Source: Podarcis cretensis (lineage: Eukaryota). Taken from it: a stretch of DNA of 64,000 bases. The stretch spans positions 52,390,001-52,454,000 of the forward strand of contig OX638154.1 in the NCBI GenBank assembly GCA_951804945.1, in the 5' to 3' direction. Shown here piece after piece: positions 37,691 through 50,600 of this stretch. A program made the translations under genes and the position numbers. Each line of letters starts with the position of its first letter. Position 1 is the stretch's first letter. Below the pieces are notes generated by a model. It made no database searches and had not been told where the DNA came from. It worked only from the letters and a program-made list of their open reading frames with translations.

Positions 37691-40600
37691 ATGGGTAATA
37701 GTGAGTGACAGTCTCAGTGGATCTGATTTGATTTAACATTACATTATGTTTTCCCCAAAACAAATACTGAACTCAAAGCGGCTCACAATATTCACAGTAG
37801 CATCAAAACAAACACATTGCAATCACTCTATCAAACACAATACCATATAAATAAAACAAGCAGCAGCAACAAATACAATTCAGTAACTCCAGACCGTTTT
37901 GGATGACAATGATTCCAGCCCAGTTTGGGCATTTAAAAGTGAAGCTCGCCTTCATGTGCCTCCTTTACAAGAAGAGAGAAGAGCTTTTTTTAGCACTAGA
38001 GCCCACATAATATTCCACCTGGAGCCAACATTTACATTTTTTGGCACCAGGCAAAAATGTTTTTGCTGAGTCATGCATTTTTAACTGCTGGAAATGAATT
38101 TTGTAAATTTTATTCATTGTTTTATTATTGTATTTTGCTATGAGTATTGATTGTGCAGTGCCCTGAAATCCAAAAGGGTGAAGAGGAGAATAAAAATGCT
38201 TTAAATAAACAACCCTCCTGGTACTTTTTGTAGCTTTCAGCACTATCAGCCACAATATCCTTCTTGCTTGGCTACATGAGATGTGCACTGGGGACACTGG
38301 GCCACAGTGGTTCCATCCATACCTAGGTGGCCATTTCCAGAAAGTGATATTGAGGGACTACTACTCTGCCCCGTGGCATTTACGGCAGGGTTCCACTCCA
38401 AGTTCTATTGGAAACTACTGAGCAAGTTCATCCGGGGATTTGGGGGTGTAATGTCATTAATATGCTGAGGCTCAAAAGTGGCCTATATCTGCCTAAAAAT
38501 AAATGCATATATAAACGTATGACATTCAGAAGTAGCTGGATGCAGAATTCCCTACATGCCATTCAAAGTTGCTGATAAACTAACAAAGTGCCAAGGTTTT
38601 TACTTAAGTTCTTCAAAACTGAACAGTTCACTTTCCATTCTATGGGTTACACAGGAAATCCATGCTCAACCCTCCTTCCCACCACCCATTCTTTATGGGT
38701 CCTGCTTCTCCAGATGCACTTTGAAATATAAATCTTGCCCTTCTTCACAGAGAAAAATACCTAGGATCCCTGGCATCTTCATTTTAAAGGTTTTTGGTAG
38801 CAGGTGTCCACTTGAAGACCCACTATCACTGGGCCAGATAGTCCAAGTGTCTTGACTCCAATTATAAAGACAACTTTGGAAAATTTCAGATTAGTGCTTG
38901 AAGGGTAAACAAGCATGTAAGACATAAACATTAAGACAGCCATCCTGAAGTAGCAGTATTCTCAAATGGCAAATATATTTCACCCTTAATTTAGGTAACT
39001 TTGAGGATGATGCTCCTGCAGAAGGAGCACTGGCTTCACCCATCAGGCTGGCAGCCAAAAGGTGCCTGCAGAGACCGGAGAGCCTGGAAGGGCCAGCATC
39101 TCAGCAGGCCAGTCGCCGGCAAAATGCCTGACTGATGGCCCTGCGCTTCACTAGCTATTTTACATGGAGCATGGCTGATCAAAGCTATCCCCACTGTGTA
39201 CTATGGAGCAATAAAAATAAAAAAAACCCACAGGAAGAATTCCTTAGGCAGGTAATGGGCACTTTATTCCTTTTTATGGCACTAAACATAGGCAGCTGGC
39301 ATAATTACACTACAATAAAGGCATAATGTGCACCCAGCAGAACGAATGTGAGGCTTCTGATAATTAGGCAGAGCAAACAGTCTGGGATTCAACCACATGG
39401 TTTTACTTGGTCTCCTGGATCTGTCTGAGCCCAATTCCCAAAGCAGGCCAAGTCTGTCCCCCATGAAATCTTAACCCAGCTCAACTTTTTCCTGGCTAGG
39501 ATTGCTCTCTTTATTATTGCTTGTTTCTCCAATCTCACAAGATAAGAAGCACAGCCCCAGCTAGGATCCCGTAGCTCTACTAACAGAAATGTATCAATTC
39601 AAAAGAATATATGGAACCTAGATGGTAACACAGAGTTGTGCCTTGGGTCTCTGTACTGACATTGGTATAAACTTCTTTTTGGACAGCTGTATGCACCCAG
39701 CTCTGAGCAGGTTATAAAACAATACAGCAAAGAGCAAATGTTGTACTGTCAATCACTGCCCAACTACTTATACGACGGAAATGGGGATCAATGAGAATAA
39801 TACATGTTTGAGGGTGACTTGCTTTGAGAATCATGGCAGACACCCAGGATCTGTTGGTACTAAGGACTAACCTATCAGTTCTGAAACAAAAAAAAAATGA
39901 AGAATGGAAAAAGGTAACATCAGGAGCCTTCAGAGCTATAGAATTCTCCTACTTATTACCCCACAAATAGCAATTCCTCAGGTGTCAGGGTCTAATTAAG
40001 AATGATGACGATGATGATGATACCACCTTGCTGGACAGGCTTATAATCTTAAGCACTCACAACATGCAGCTGAGATCTAAGAGAGTAGCAAAATCTGAGC
40101 CAGCATTTCTAAACAGTCTTTAAAATATTAATCAAGAAAAGAAGAAGCAGATTTGCAAGATTGAGGAGAACTCAAAGTTTAGGGCTCAGCACGCTTGGAT
40201 CATTGCAAGAGTTTCCTCAAGTGTAGGGAAAAAACCTTTTTAGCGTGAGCATGTGCATCTGGGCTCTAACTGTCATTGCTGAGAGTCAGTGTTACTACAA
40301 TCTAGATTCCTTGGGGAGCAGACCCATATTTTTCACCCTACTAACAAGCCTCAATAACATAATCAGTACCCCTCTTTACAGCCAGAGTTGTGAGATCTTT
40401 CAGACATTTCTATTAACACCATTCTAAAACTTCAGAAAGATGTTAGCTGCAACCATGGCCTTGGGACAGACCTCGATGACACACACTATGCTGGTATGGT
40501 TTTTACTAAAAACAGGTAACACTATGTTCCAAGAGTAAAAGGAGGCATTGCATTCTTCTCTATAGGAGAAATGAGGGTCACATGAGGGCAGAGAAAGAGA

Positions 40601-40854
40601 AAGGGGTATCTTGCCCACTTGGGCTCCAATTCAAACCACGACGTCTTTTAGCCCCTTCCACTGATGGCATGTAGACCCCACATTAAATTAATGAAGGGAA
40701 TACAGGTAAATTGAGTCACTTAAGAGTCTGTCCCTCTCCCTCTCTGACTCACTCATGTTTCTAAGCAGTATACAGGAAACCCAATAAAATACAATAAAAA
40801 CAAGTGATAAAATCAGAATTCAGTTAAAAAGTCTGCCTGGAATTCTAAAAAAGT

Positions 40855-41169
40855 GGCCCAGTATACCTGAAGGAACGTCTCCACCCCTATTGCTCTGCAT
40901 GGACAATGAGGTCCAGCGCAGGGGGCCTTCTGTCTAGTTCCCTCGCTGTGAGAAGCCAAGTTACAGGGAACCAGGCAGAGGGCCTTCTCGGTGGTGGCGC
41001 CCACCCTGTGGAACACCCTCCCATCAGATGTCAAGGAAATAAACAACTATCTGACTTTTAGAATACATATGAAGGAAGCCCTATTTAGGGAAGCTTTTAA
41101 TATTTGATGAATTATTGTATTTTAATATTTTGCTGGAAGCCTCCCAGAGTGGCTGGGGAAAGCCAGCCA
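40855..41169 (+). mobile_element. L2 3' fragment running into an N-gap
   Basis: Encodes YLKERL...RQRAFSVVAPTLWNTLP, followed by the L2 3' UTR gcctcccagagtggctggggaa. Confidence 0.88.
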
Positions 41170-44084
41170 NNNNNNNNNNNNNNNNNNNNNNNNNNNNNNN
41201 NNNNNNNNNNNNNNNNNNNNNNNNNNNNNNNNNNNNNNNNNNNNNNNNNNNNNNNNNNNNNNNNNNNNNNNNNNNNNNNNNNNNNNNNNNNNNNNNNNNN
41301 NNNNNNNNNNNNNNNNNNNNNNNNNNNNNNNNNNNNNNNNNNNNNNNNNNNNNNNNNNNNNNNNNNNNNNNNNNNNCTGTATTGGCATGAGGAAGAAACT
41401 GCAAATACTGAATCTCAAAGCATTGTATTTTAAACTTCAGCCCCACTTCCCGCTCCCTAAGGGAATGAAAACTACAAAGGACCAGTGGGACCTTTCCACA
41501 GGAAGTGGAAGTGTGGAGGAAACAGGAGCTTGTGTATGATTTACCTTCCAATCTCTTTCCTAAGCCTTTTAACCCCTTCATAGCACATGAGTGGCTAATA
41601 AGAATATGAAATGGATACCAGTCCCAGCAATACGTCTTCCCTTTCCTTCTGTCTACCAGATTCCATCCGATCATTTTCCACACATGTGGCAAGTGCCTCT
41701 CCACTCTCAGCTGGCCTGGAATGCAGCCCACGTTGCAGGATTATTGTAAGACATGCCCTGCCTTTAATCCCTTCTTCTCTAGTCTTGCTCTAGTATTGAC
41801 TGCGGGGGAGGAAGGGTCAGGTGCGAGGTCAAGCTTGTCTCTTTCAACACTGGTACACGACAAGCATTCCAGCCTCACAGCCGATTTCAAGATACACTGA
41901 AATCCAGCAAAGCAACCAGAAGGAAAACAAGGAATTCTATAAGAGACTATGGGGCTGGGGCAGGGCGAGGGCGAGTAGGAAGCTAGGACTGTTGACATCT
42001 ACATGAATACCATCTAACTTTGGATTGGTGTCTCCTGAGGTCTGGCACTTGGCATCTAACAGATAATGACGGTGTCGGGCCAGGCCAAAGAATTATATAT
42101 CCATATACACAAGCGTACAAGAGAAAACATTTTTAGAGTGAGTATGCGCCCTTACATTCCCATAGAGGCTATACTTTGCAGCTGTGCTTAAAAAGTGATG
42201 TTGCACAAAATCCCTCCACATCTGAGAAGCTAATGACAAGAGGTATGGAACTGTACACTAACGTATCAGCACAAAACACCACAAATCTGCAATTCCTGGT
42301 CCTTTTGCATTTTGGGTCATACCTTGCATATGGGTATCTTGACCAGCAGGTGGTCTTTATGATAGTGCAAAAACATTTATGTGGGAGTCCACATCTTTTT
42401 CCAGAGTTTAGAGGTCTAGTTGTTTACTGACACAACAAGTACCATTTTCTAGACAAAGAAAACTAACAGAACCATGGTATTTTAATTGCATACTTTTTTA
42501 GCAGCAATTTAGCCACAGCATTTTTGTAGTCTTCCTGCCACAGGCTCCATTATGACTCTTCTTGAGTTGGTGGTCTATAAAAGATCAGACTTACAAAAAT
42601 GTTGGTCTGTTTCAGCATCCTAGACTCTCACAATCTCGTCTCAGAAAGTGGCTTTCTTATATGCACTGAGCCCTGCATTGTTGGTGTTCATAAGCAATAT
42701 CTAGTATCTAGTGTGTCTCACAGCAAGTAGACAGCTCTTGCTCGATCTATAGGCAATTCTTGTAGCAGCTGCCCTGAATGCGATATAATGCAGTTTGGAC
42801 ATGGGCAGCTTCACAGCAGGGCTGTATATTACAAGAGTCCCCAGTCCTTCTTCCCCAGTTGGGCGGATCAAAATGAACTTTTAACATGGCTTTTTTGAGT
42901 GGGGGTCAAGGTTAACTAATTTATGAAATACTCTTTGCCACCCTTAAAAGTTTATGGTGGATTGAAATGGATATGATTTGGAAGCAAAACATGATTTGAA
43001 AAGTATATTTTTACTGCTATGAGGCAGCCTAGAAAAGGAAGACCCAACTCACCCCAAGTTCAAAGATATTTCCCTCTCTCCCCAACCCCATTAGCAGAAT
43101 ATGACTGACCCTTAATATATCCTAATCTTCTAACGAGATCTGAATATATAAGGTCTGAAATAGGGTTTAATTTTACTCATTTGTTTACTCATTTATTCAT
43201 TTTATAAACCTGATTTGAATTAGGTCACTAATTTGAGCCCCAGGATTTTGGTTTGCTCTGTTGAAACCTATAACCTTTTCATTTTTTCTTTCTTTCTTAA
43301 TATATTTCAGATATGAACCTTACTGGCAAGGCATCACATAGTATTACCTGTAAAGAGGCCTGTTTGTTTGACAGTATCCCAGCCAATTCCATCTTTACAG
43401 ATGCAAACTACAGAGCACAAGGTCTAAATAAAATTTCAGAAATAGTCATATAAGATGTCTAAGCTCATACGTCCCTTCACTGTGGCACTGTGCAGCAACA
43501 GCATTCAAGCAAGTATAATAGGAAGAGGTCTACATTCAATTAGCCTAAGAAGCACCACATTAACCATCACAGACAAGACCAGATGGCAACTAGCAGGACT
43601 GTAAGCACACAGACCAAATGCTCAGGAAAAGTAAAGGAAAGCTGCCTGAAAAAAGCACTGCGTCAACTACTATACTGTTTGCTGTCAAAATACATTGTTT
43701 TAAAAGTTTCAGAACTTCAATAAATAATGATTGGGGGGGGAGGAAAAAGCATTGTGGGAAATGTACCCAGAAAGTCGGGGCCTCGGATGATGCAATACAT
43801 TAGCACATCTGATGCATGGCTCACATAAGACCAAATTTTCAGGTTTGGGTCAGGCCAGGCCAGGCATCGGCGATATATAGCTTAACATGCTGTGCTTTTC
43901 TGGTTAATGATCTGGATGGAAGCTAGTCTGATATGTGAATGTGCCTAACTAGGGATTTGCTTTCCCCAGGGTTAATAACCACATGAGGATTAATTGGGAA
44001 AACTCTTTTCTTTCTTAATCCAAATAGCAAATTTATGATAACAGAATCAAGTATGACTCTAGGGTGGTTTGAGCAGGAGCTAAA

Positions 44085-44086
<2 letters not shown>

Positions 44087-44125
<39 letters not shown>
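44087..44125 (+). repeat. (TC)n microsatellite
   Basis: Directly visible. Confidence 0.95.
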
Positions 44126-44128
<3 letters not shown>

Positions 44129-47052
44129 CCTCCCCCACCCCGGGTTCATTGGATCTCCTAAGTGGCCTTAGACCAGCCACTTTTCCTCAGTTTCAGCCCT
44201 CCACCACCAACAATGCAGGGAATCTACGTTGCTGGAATCTTAGTTATCCCTACATTACTAAAATATTAGCAATACTATTTTTAAAAAATCAGCATGAAAA
44301 AGATATAAAGTGAACAACTGCCACCCACTTACAAATCTGCACAGATATTCAGCCAACCTAGCCAATGATCCAACACAGTAGGCAAAGGCAACTGGGACTT
44401 TTGCAAATTCCACATTCTCTTGCTGTTCCCAGGACATCTATCAATCAACAGTCTTTTGTGGTACACGAGAATATCCCCACAGGAACTACTACCTGACATA
44501 AGTATGAAGATCTGTCACCAGTGCCTTGTTCAGCTGGTATAGAATTGAATTCATGTATGTTTGCCCCAAAAGTTGTGATAATCCTACAACTATTTTCTTA
44601 ATATGCCCAAGGCCTATGTAATTATCATTTATATAGATCCAAGAGGTTTGAGTGGCTTACAAATAACAATTTAGATAGTCACCAATAACTTAATACATAT
44701 CATGACTATAAACCCAAAATTATATAACAGAGTGTAAAAGGACATTTGAAAAACCAACAACCAGGATACCATAAGAAGATAGTAATTCAAATGTAAGTTT
44801 AACTTTAAGAACCTTAACACTTTTAACTTGGCCAATGAAAACCTTTCAAAAATGTTAAAAACATACAAAATTGGGTTCCAGGAGGCTTGGTGACCATCAA
44901 GCCACACCTGGGAACTTCCTGAACTGACCTGGTGGGCAGGTGTTACTTTTAGTACCCTATCCCTAACGTTAAGGGCTTTGGGGAAAGAGACATTCCTCAG
45001 GCAACTAGGACCCCAAATAATGTCTAGAGATAGCACAAATTCACCCCAATAATTCGCATTCAAAATTCCTGGAAAACTACTACAGGCAGTTGAACAATTT
45101 TCGTTGAAGGGAGAAATGCACATCACCACTGAGATTTGGCATTCAAAGCTCACCTTTCCCCACCATAAATCCAACACTGATTTATAAATTTATGTTTACA
45201 CATCCAAGTTAAGAATCAAGTAGATCCCTTGTGGAGTACACTGAAGCAGGATCGAGGGGACCCAGTATCTTTAAGGCCTTTCCTGGATGCCCTTTCCGTC
45301 TCCAATGACTACCCGCTAGCTCTCTCCCTTTGATTTAAGAGTTCCTCTCGTGGCCCTGACAGTAAGGTATTTCTGTCCCACAGATTATAACTCACTCTGG
45401 GCTATTATTCAACTCCCAAGCCCTGGCCCTGCTGCATTTAGTCCAAACATAATATCCTTCATGCATATATTATCTGTCTCCCTATTATCTGGAATCATTT
45501 CGGAATTAAATTTCAGTCCTGCAATATTGGCTCGAAGAGCGGCTCGCTTTATGGGCTAGTCAAAGGTTAGAATACCAATCAAAATAACATTGCCGATGCA
45601 GCGAGACATTTTAATATTCCAAAACCCGGTAATTGTAAAAGGACATAATATTTTTTCCCTGATTACCCCAAAGGCAACACATGTTAACAAGGCGAGGGAG
45701 AGAGTGAAAGGATTTCCAGAGTTCAAGACAGCTGTGTGACAGATTTAAAGGCAAAGTAGTAGAAAGCTGGCCCCATGCAGCCTTCCAGGAGGGAGGGAGG
45801 AAGAAGCACACCTGCCCCTATTGATCAGATCAATGAAACCAGTGTCTCTCTCTCTGCGATTGGCTAGTTACCAGTAACATTTGAGCTATCACATGACTGT
45901 CAAGCTGATCACATGCGCTTCGGAAAGCTGCTGGGCTAAAGGAACAGTCATTACATAAGATAACAACCCACAAAATGGCACAATGAAAAATACTAATTCA
46001 AGTCCAGGAAGTGCTGGAAGTTAGAAAGCAGGCAATAAGATAACAATGGCAAGCGTCGTGTTATGATTTCTGTCAGCAACACCAACAAACATTCTGACCC
46101 TACTCCTGTAGACCCTTTAGTTTTTAGGATCAGCCTCTGAATTAGGCATATGTTTTAATGTTAAGGAAATGCTTCAGATCAAAAGTTGCTTAGCTTAGTA
46201 ATTTGCCATGCAAAAACTAATTATTTCCACTATCTGGGTCACTTTGGACCTTCAGTAAATTTATGTGAACCTAATGTCAATCCTGTTTGACCAGACAAAC
46301 GATCCACCTAGCTCTATGTCCCATCCTTGACAAAAGCCAAATAAAGATGCTTGAAGAAATATATAGCAGCAGTCCATTCTTGGTCATCCACTCCCAATCA
46401 CCAGTTTTAAAGTTTAGAGACATCCTAAATATTAGAATAGATGCCCTGAGCATGCTAATAAAGAGCTATTGATATTCTTATCTTCCATTAATTCGTCTAA
46501 GGGGTTTTATTATTATTGCCCAGCTGTACTGATAGCAGAGAGTTCCACAAATAAACTGAGGGTTGTGTGAAAATAGTTTATGTGCTTGTTTTAAACCTGC
46601 TGCTTGTTAATTTCATTGGAGGTTCACTGGTTGCAGTAACTACTTGAAAGGGTAAAAGGTCTGTTTCCTGGCTACTCTTTCTACTCCACTCACGGTTTTA
46701 TATACTTCTGCTTAGAAAAGTAATAGATAAGAGTGGGTATTACGGGAACGTCCAGATATTTAACCCTTCCTCATATATGTAAGGTAGTGCATACCTTGAT
46801 GGTATTTTTCTGCTCGTCTTGAGGTGGAATCCAATGCTGCAGAAACAGCCTTCAACTTGTGCAACAGCACTTCACCTTTTTCTCCCTCACATACCCACAA
46901 AATTTACTCCTTGGGATCCCACACCTTCTAAAACAGATTTTGAGGGCATGTGGAGGACTGTAGGAAGGAGAAGGCCATGTCCCATTATGTGAACACAAGT
47001 TCATTCTGCTTGCACCCAGACAGCACTGAATATAACCCTCTATTCCTCTTCT

Positions 47053-47550
47053 CAATTACTTGGGTCTTCCTTTCCCCCCTTTTTGAAGATGGGGACAACA
47101 TTTGCCTGCCTCCAATCTGTAGGGACCTCACCTGTTCTCCAATAATTCTCAAAGATAATAGACAAAGGCTCTGAAATTACACCCACAAACTCCTTTAGTA
47201 TCCTTGGATACAGCTCATTAGGCTCTGGAGATCTGAATTCATTTTAAATAGCTAGGTGTTCCCTTACTACCTCTTTTCCTATCTTGGGCTACAGCTCCCT
47301 CATTACATCATTCTGTTATCACCAGGTTGGGCATCGCTTTCCTTTTGGGTGAAGACAGAGGCAAAGTAGGTGTTGAGTAGTTCCACCTTTTCTCTGTCAC
47401 CCAATAGCATTTCTCCATGTTCGCCACACAGAGGATCTACCACTTGCTTGCTCTTACTTCGGACATAGCCAAAGAAACCTTTTTTTATTATTTTTAACCT
47501 CTCTTGCAAGCCTGAGCTCATTCTGAGCTTTAGCCAGCCTGAATTTCCCC
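47053..47550 (-). mobile_element. CR1 LINE ORF2 fragment (endonuclease-RT linker and RT start)
   Basis: Translates to KGFFGYVRSK...DREKVELLNTYFASVFT and, in another frame, YPRILKEF..VISEPLSIIFENYWRTGEVPTDWRQANVVPIFKKG. Confidence 0.93.
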
Positions 47551-47598
47551 AATGTGCCAATGTGCAATTCATCCATGTAGCCTACACACTGTGCTAAG

Positions 47599-47599
<1 letters not shown>

Positions 47600-47634
<35 letters not shown>
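47600..47634 (+). repeat. (CA)n microsatellite
   Basis: Directly visible. Confidence 0.95.
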
Positions 47635-47636
<2 letters not shown>

Positions 47637-50600
47637 AGCAGAAAGAAAACAATGTCAGTTAATATTAACAATAAGAATACTCCATAAAATATAATTTAAA
47701 CATATGGATTAATATAAAATGCCCATATGTCTGAACAGATATCCAAACAAGACTGGCAATTATAAGATATATGTTCAAATGTAAAAAAGGCAGTATGATC
47801 TTCAGATCACTGAGTAGTGAGTGGTGGGTCTTTAACCCTCCAATCTTGAATACAAATCTCTTTGCAACTATAGGGGGTCAAAGGATTGACTTTCGTTGTA
47901 CATCTGTTAGTTACCACATCACAGGAATATAATTTAGAAGTGCATAAGTATCAAAAAATATCAAGGCTTTTTCCAAAGAAAATTAAATACGAACAACAAT
48001 TTCTGACCAAAAAGGCACCACAGGACACACCCTCATCATAAACCTAAAAGAAGTATTATCAGCATTACATCACCAGGATGTATCTGAATGGGTTAGCTGT
48101 ATATCACTAAGGTTTTAACAGATCAGTGAACCACACAATTGTGCAGAGCATGAATGCAATTCATCAATGAGGTTGCTGGACTAGAGTCTACATGTGATAA
48201 AAATGCATTCGGTTCTGTGTTTGGTACTAAAGTTGAAATTGGCAACACTGCACCATCATCGTGTGACATACCAGATGGACTCTGGCCCAGCAACCTCATT
48301 AGCTAATGCACCCATATGCTCACAGATATACATATAGACAGTTATTCATACACCCATAAGGTTTATGAGGTACAATGCATGCAACATTGCACCCCTGCTT
48401 CCTGCCTTCTGCCACAATGGAGACCCAAACAGCACAGATTGCCCAGGACGACAATAAAAGCTATTTTGCTTTGTTTCCATGAGAGCATCCCTTTTGCTCC
48501 TTGTTAAGTCTTAATCAAAGTTATTTTATTACACAGCCTAAGGAGCTGCACCTTCTTGTTGGGCAACTACTGCTACTAATCGTTTATATAGTACCATCAA
48601 TGCTCATGGCATATTCCAGATCAAAGTGAGAGAGATGGATCCCTGTTCTAAAGAGTTTACAGCATAAGATTCAGTGGTAAAATGCAGCTGTCTGACCCAA
48701 CTGAGCGGAAGTCTTAGCAGACAGATATTTGGAGACGGGTGCTTTGGTACATACCTACATATGGCCTCCCTCCTCCTTGTAACTATGAGGGAGCAAGCAG
48801 TTTTGTGGTTACAAGCCCTCAGTGTCCAAAAGACAAATTGAAATGCATGTTATATTTAAGCCTTGCAGCATAGCAAATTGCTCTTCTGTAGTAGGCTTTC
48901 CCCAAGCCACTGCTTTATTCATATGTACCTACCCTTTCCCCATAGACCCTCTACAGTTCCAGCATTTGTCAGTCCCACTACTGCTTCCTCCATCCTGGCA
49001 TGCAAGCACCCTTAGCTCTTCCAAACTTGGACATCACCATCTGAGAAACAGTATCCTTCTTAAAATGCTTTAATTCTGATCCACAGCACCTCTGCTGCTC
49101 ATAAAGACAGCTTTTGACAGCAGCAGAAGGGAAGCCAGTCAACAGCACTCAACCACTATCTCAATGGCTGCCCATCGAGAAGGTTTAAGGGGAGATCTGA
49201 TATATAAGAACATTCTAATAAAATCCATATCCCCCGGTAGCCTCCGCCAATACAGATCTAGTCAAGGCAAAGAGCACAATAAACTCCCTGCCCTAAGTCC
49301 TAACTAAACTGACAGTTCATGAAGGATACAAGATCGCTCAGTGACATTAAAAATGTCAGCAAGAGGCCGATGCGGTTTGGCAGACGGGAAGCATTTGCAG
49401 GCAGGGGAAAGTAAAACTTGTGACAACGCATCCAGCTATAAGCAGGGCTTGTACTCATTGCTGCTGATTTCTGCCCACCCTAAGGTCTTGCATTTATCCA
49501 GCCCCTGCATCCATGTATAAGGCTATTGTTAAACTATATGCGGGGGGGCGGGGGGACCTTTTACATTCAACCTGTTTCTGAACTTGCAACGAAGTCTAAG
49601 AATGCCTTCCAATTCCTACTGGAGTGGCTTTCCTAGCTTACACATCCAAGATGGCTTACTGGAAGTACTTGTCAGCTAATGATGGGAAGCTGGACAGATC
49701 TTCTGCCTGCAACAGCAGTTGTCCTCAGCAGGACACTCAAGGCTACAAGGCACGAATCAGCTTCCTGCCGGTTCCAACTTGGAGAATAGAAAACAATGAA
49801 GAGAGAAGATGCAGGTGGTCTGCCTTCAACTGAAAGGAGCTCACCAACACAATGTGCTCAAATTAGATGAGGGGAACAGCTTGGGCATTTTTGCTTTGCT
49901 TCTTTGCAGATACACAGTCTAGTGTCCTTAAAAAAAGGTACTGTGTCTCCTTTCCAACCCATGTAGTAAGACTATCTTCTGCTGTTTACTATGCACTCAT
50001 GCCTGTAGCCTGTGATATAGATAAAAAAGACTGTGCTGACCTAACTACCCATACTAGTCTCTAACATGGTATCCTCATGCACAACAGAATCAAACTATGT
50101 GTCCGTTACAAATGCAGCTAAGTGTGTCTAGTTCCAGGGTTATGGCTAAGTTTACTAAGGCAGAACCTATCACTGAGTACTCACCACTTATTCCATCCTA
50201 TCCTCATTAAGATGTAATGATAAGCCATAGCTTATCTTAACCATGGTTTGTTGAACAAGCAAGAAATTGGCTCACAACAAGCCCTTTGTCTTCTCTGTGC
50301 ATTATCTGTGTTATCATCTATGATTGGCTATACAGAACACACATTTTCTCCTCCTTTGTATTTTTCAGCCACTCTCTCTGAAGCTCCCCCACTTCACCCA
50401 TTCTTAGACACAACCCACAGAGGCTTGCTACCATCTTTTCCTCTCAGACCTCCTGTACAAAAGGGTATCTTGCTACAAGTGTTCTGCTTACAGTCCAGTT
50501 GGTTTTTTTTACCAAAATTTGCTAGCACATCAAAAAGACAATTCATCTGTGTGAAAGAGATATGTGAAACTTCTGCATTTGACACTCAACCTTCCAGCAC

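Noticed and set aside
44671-45177. 168-aa minus-strand ORF
   Set aside because: AT-rich, probably decayed LINE tail sequence; no recognisable motifs.
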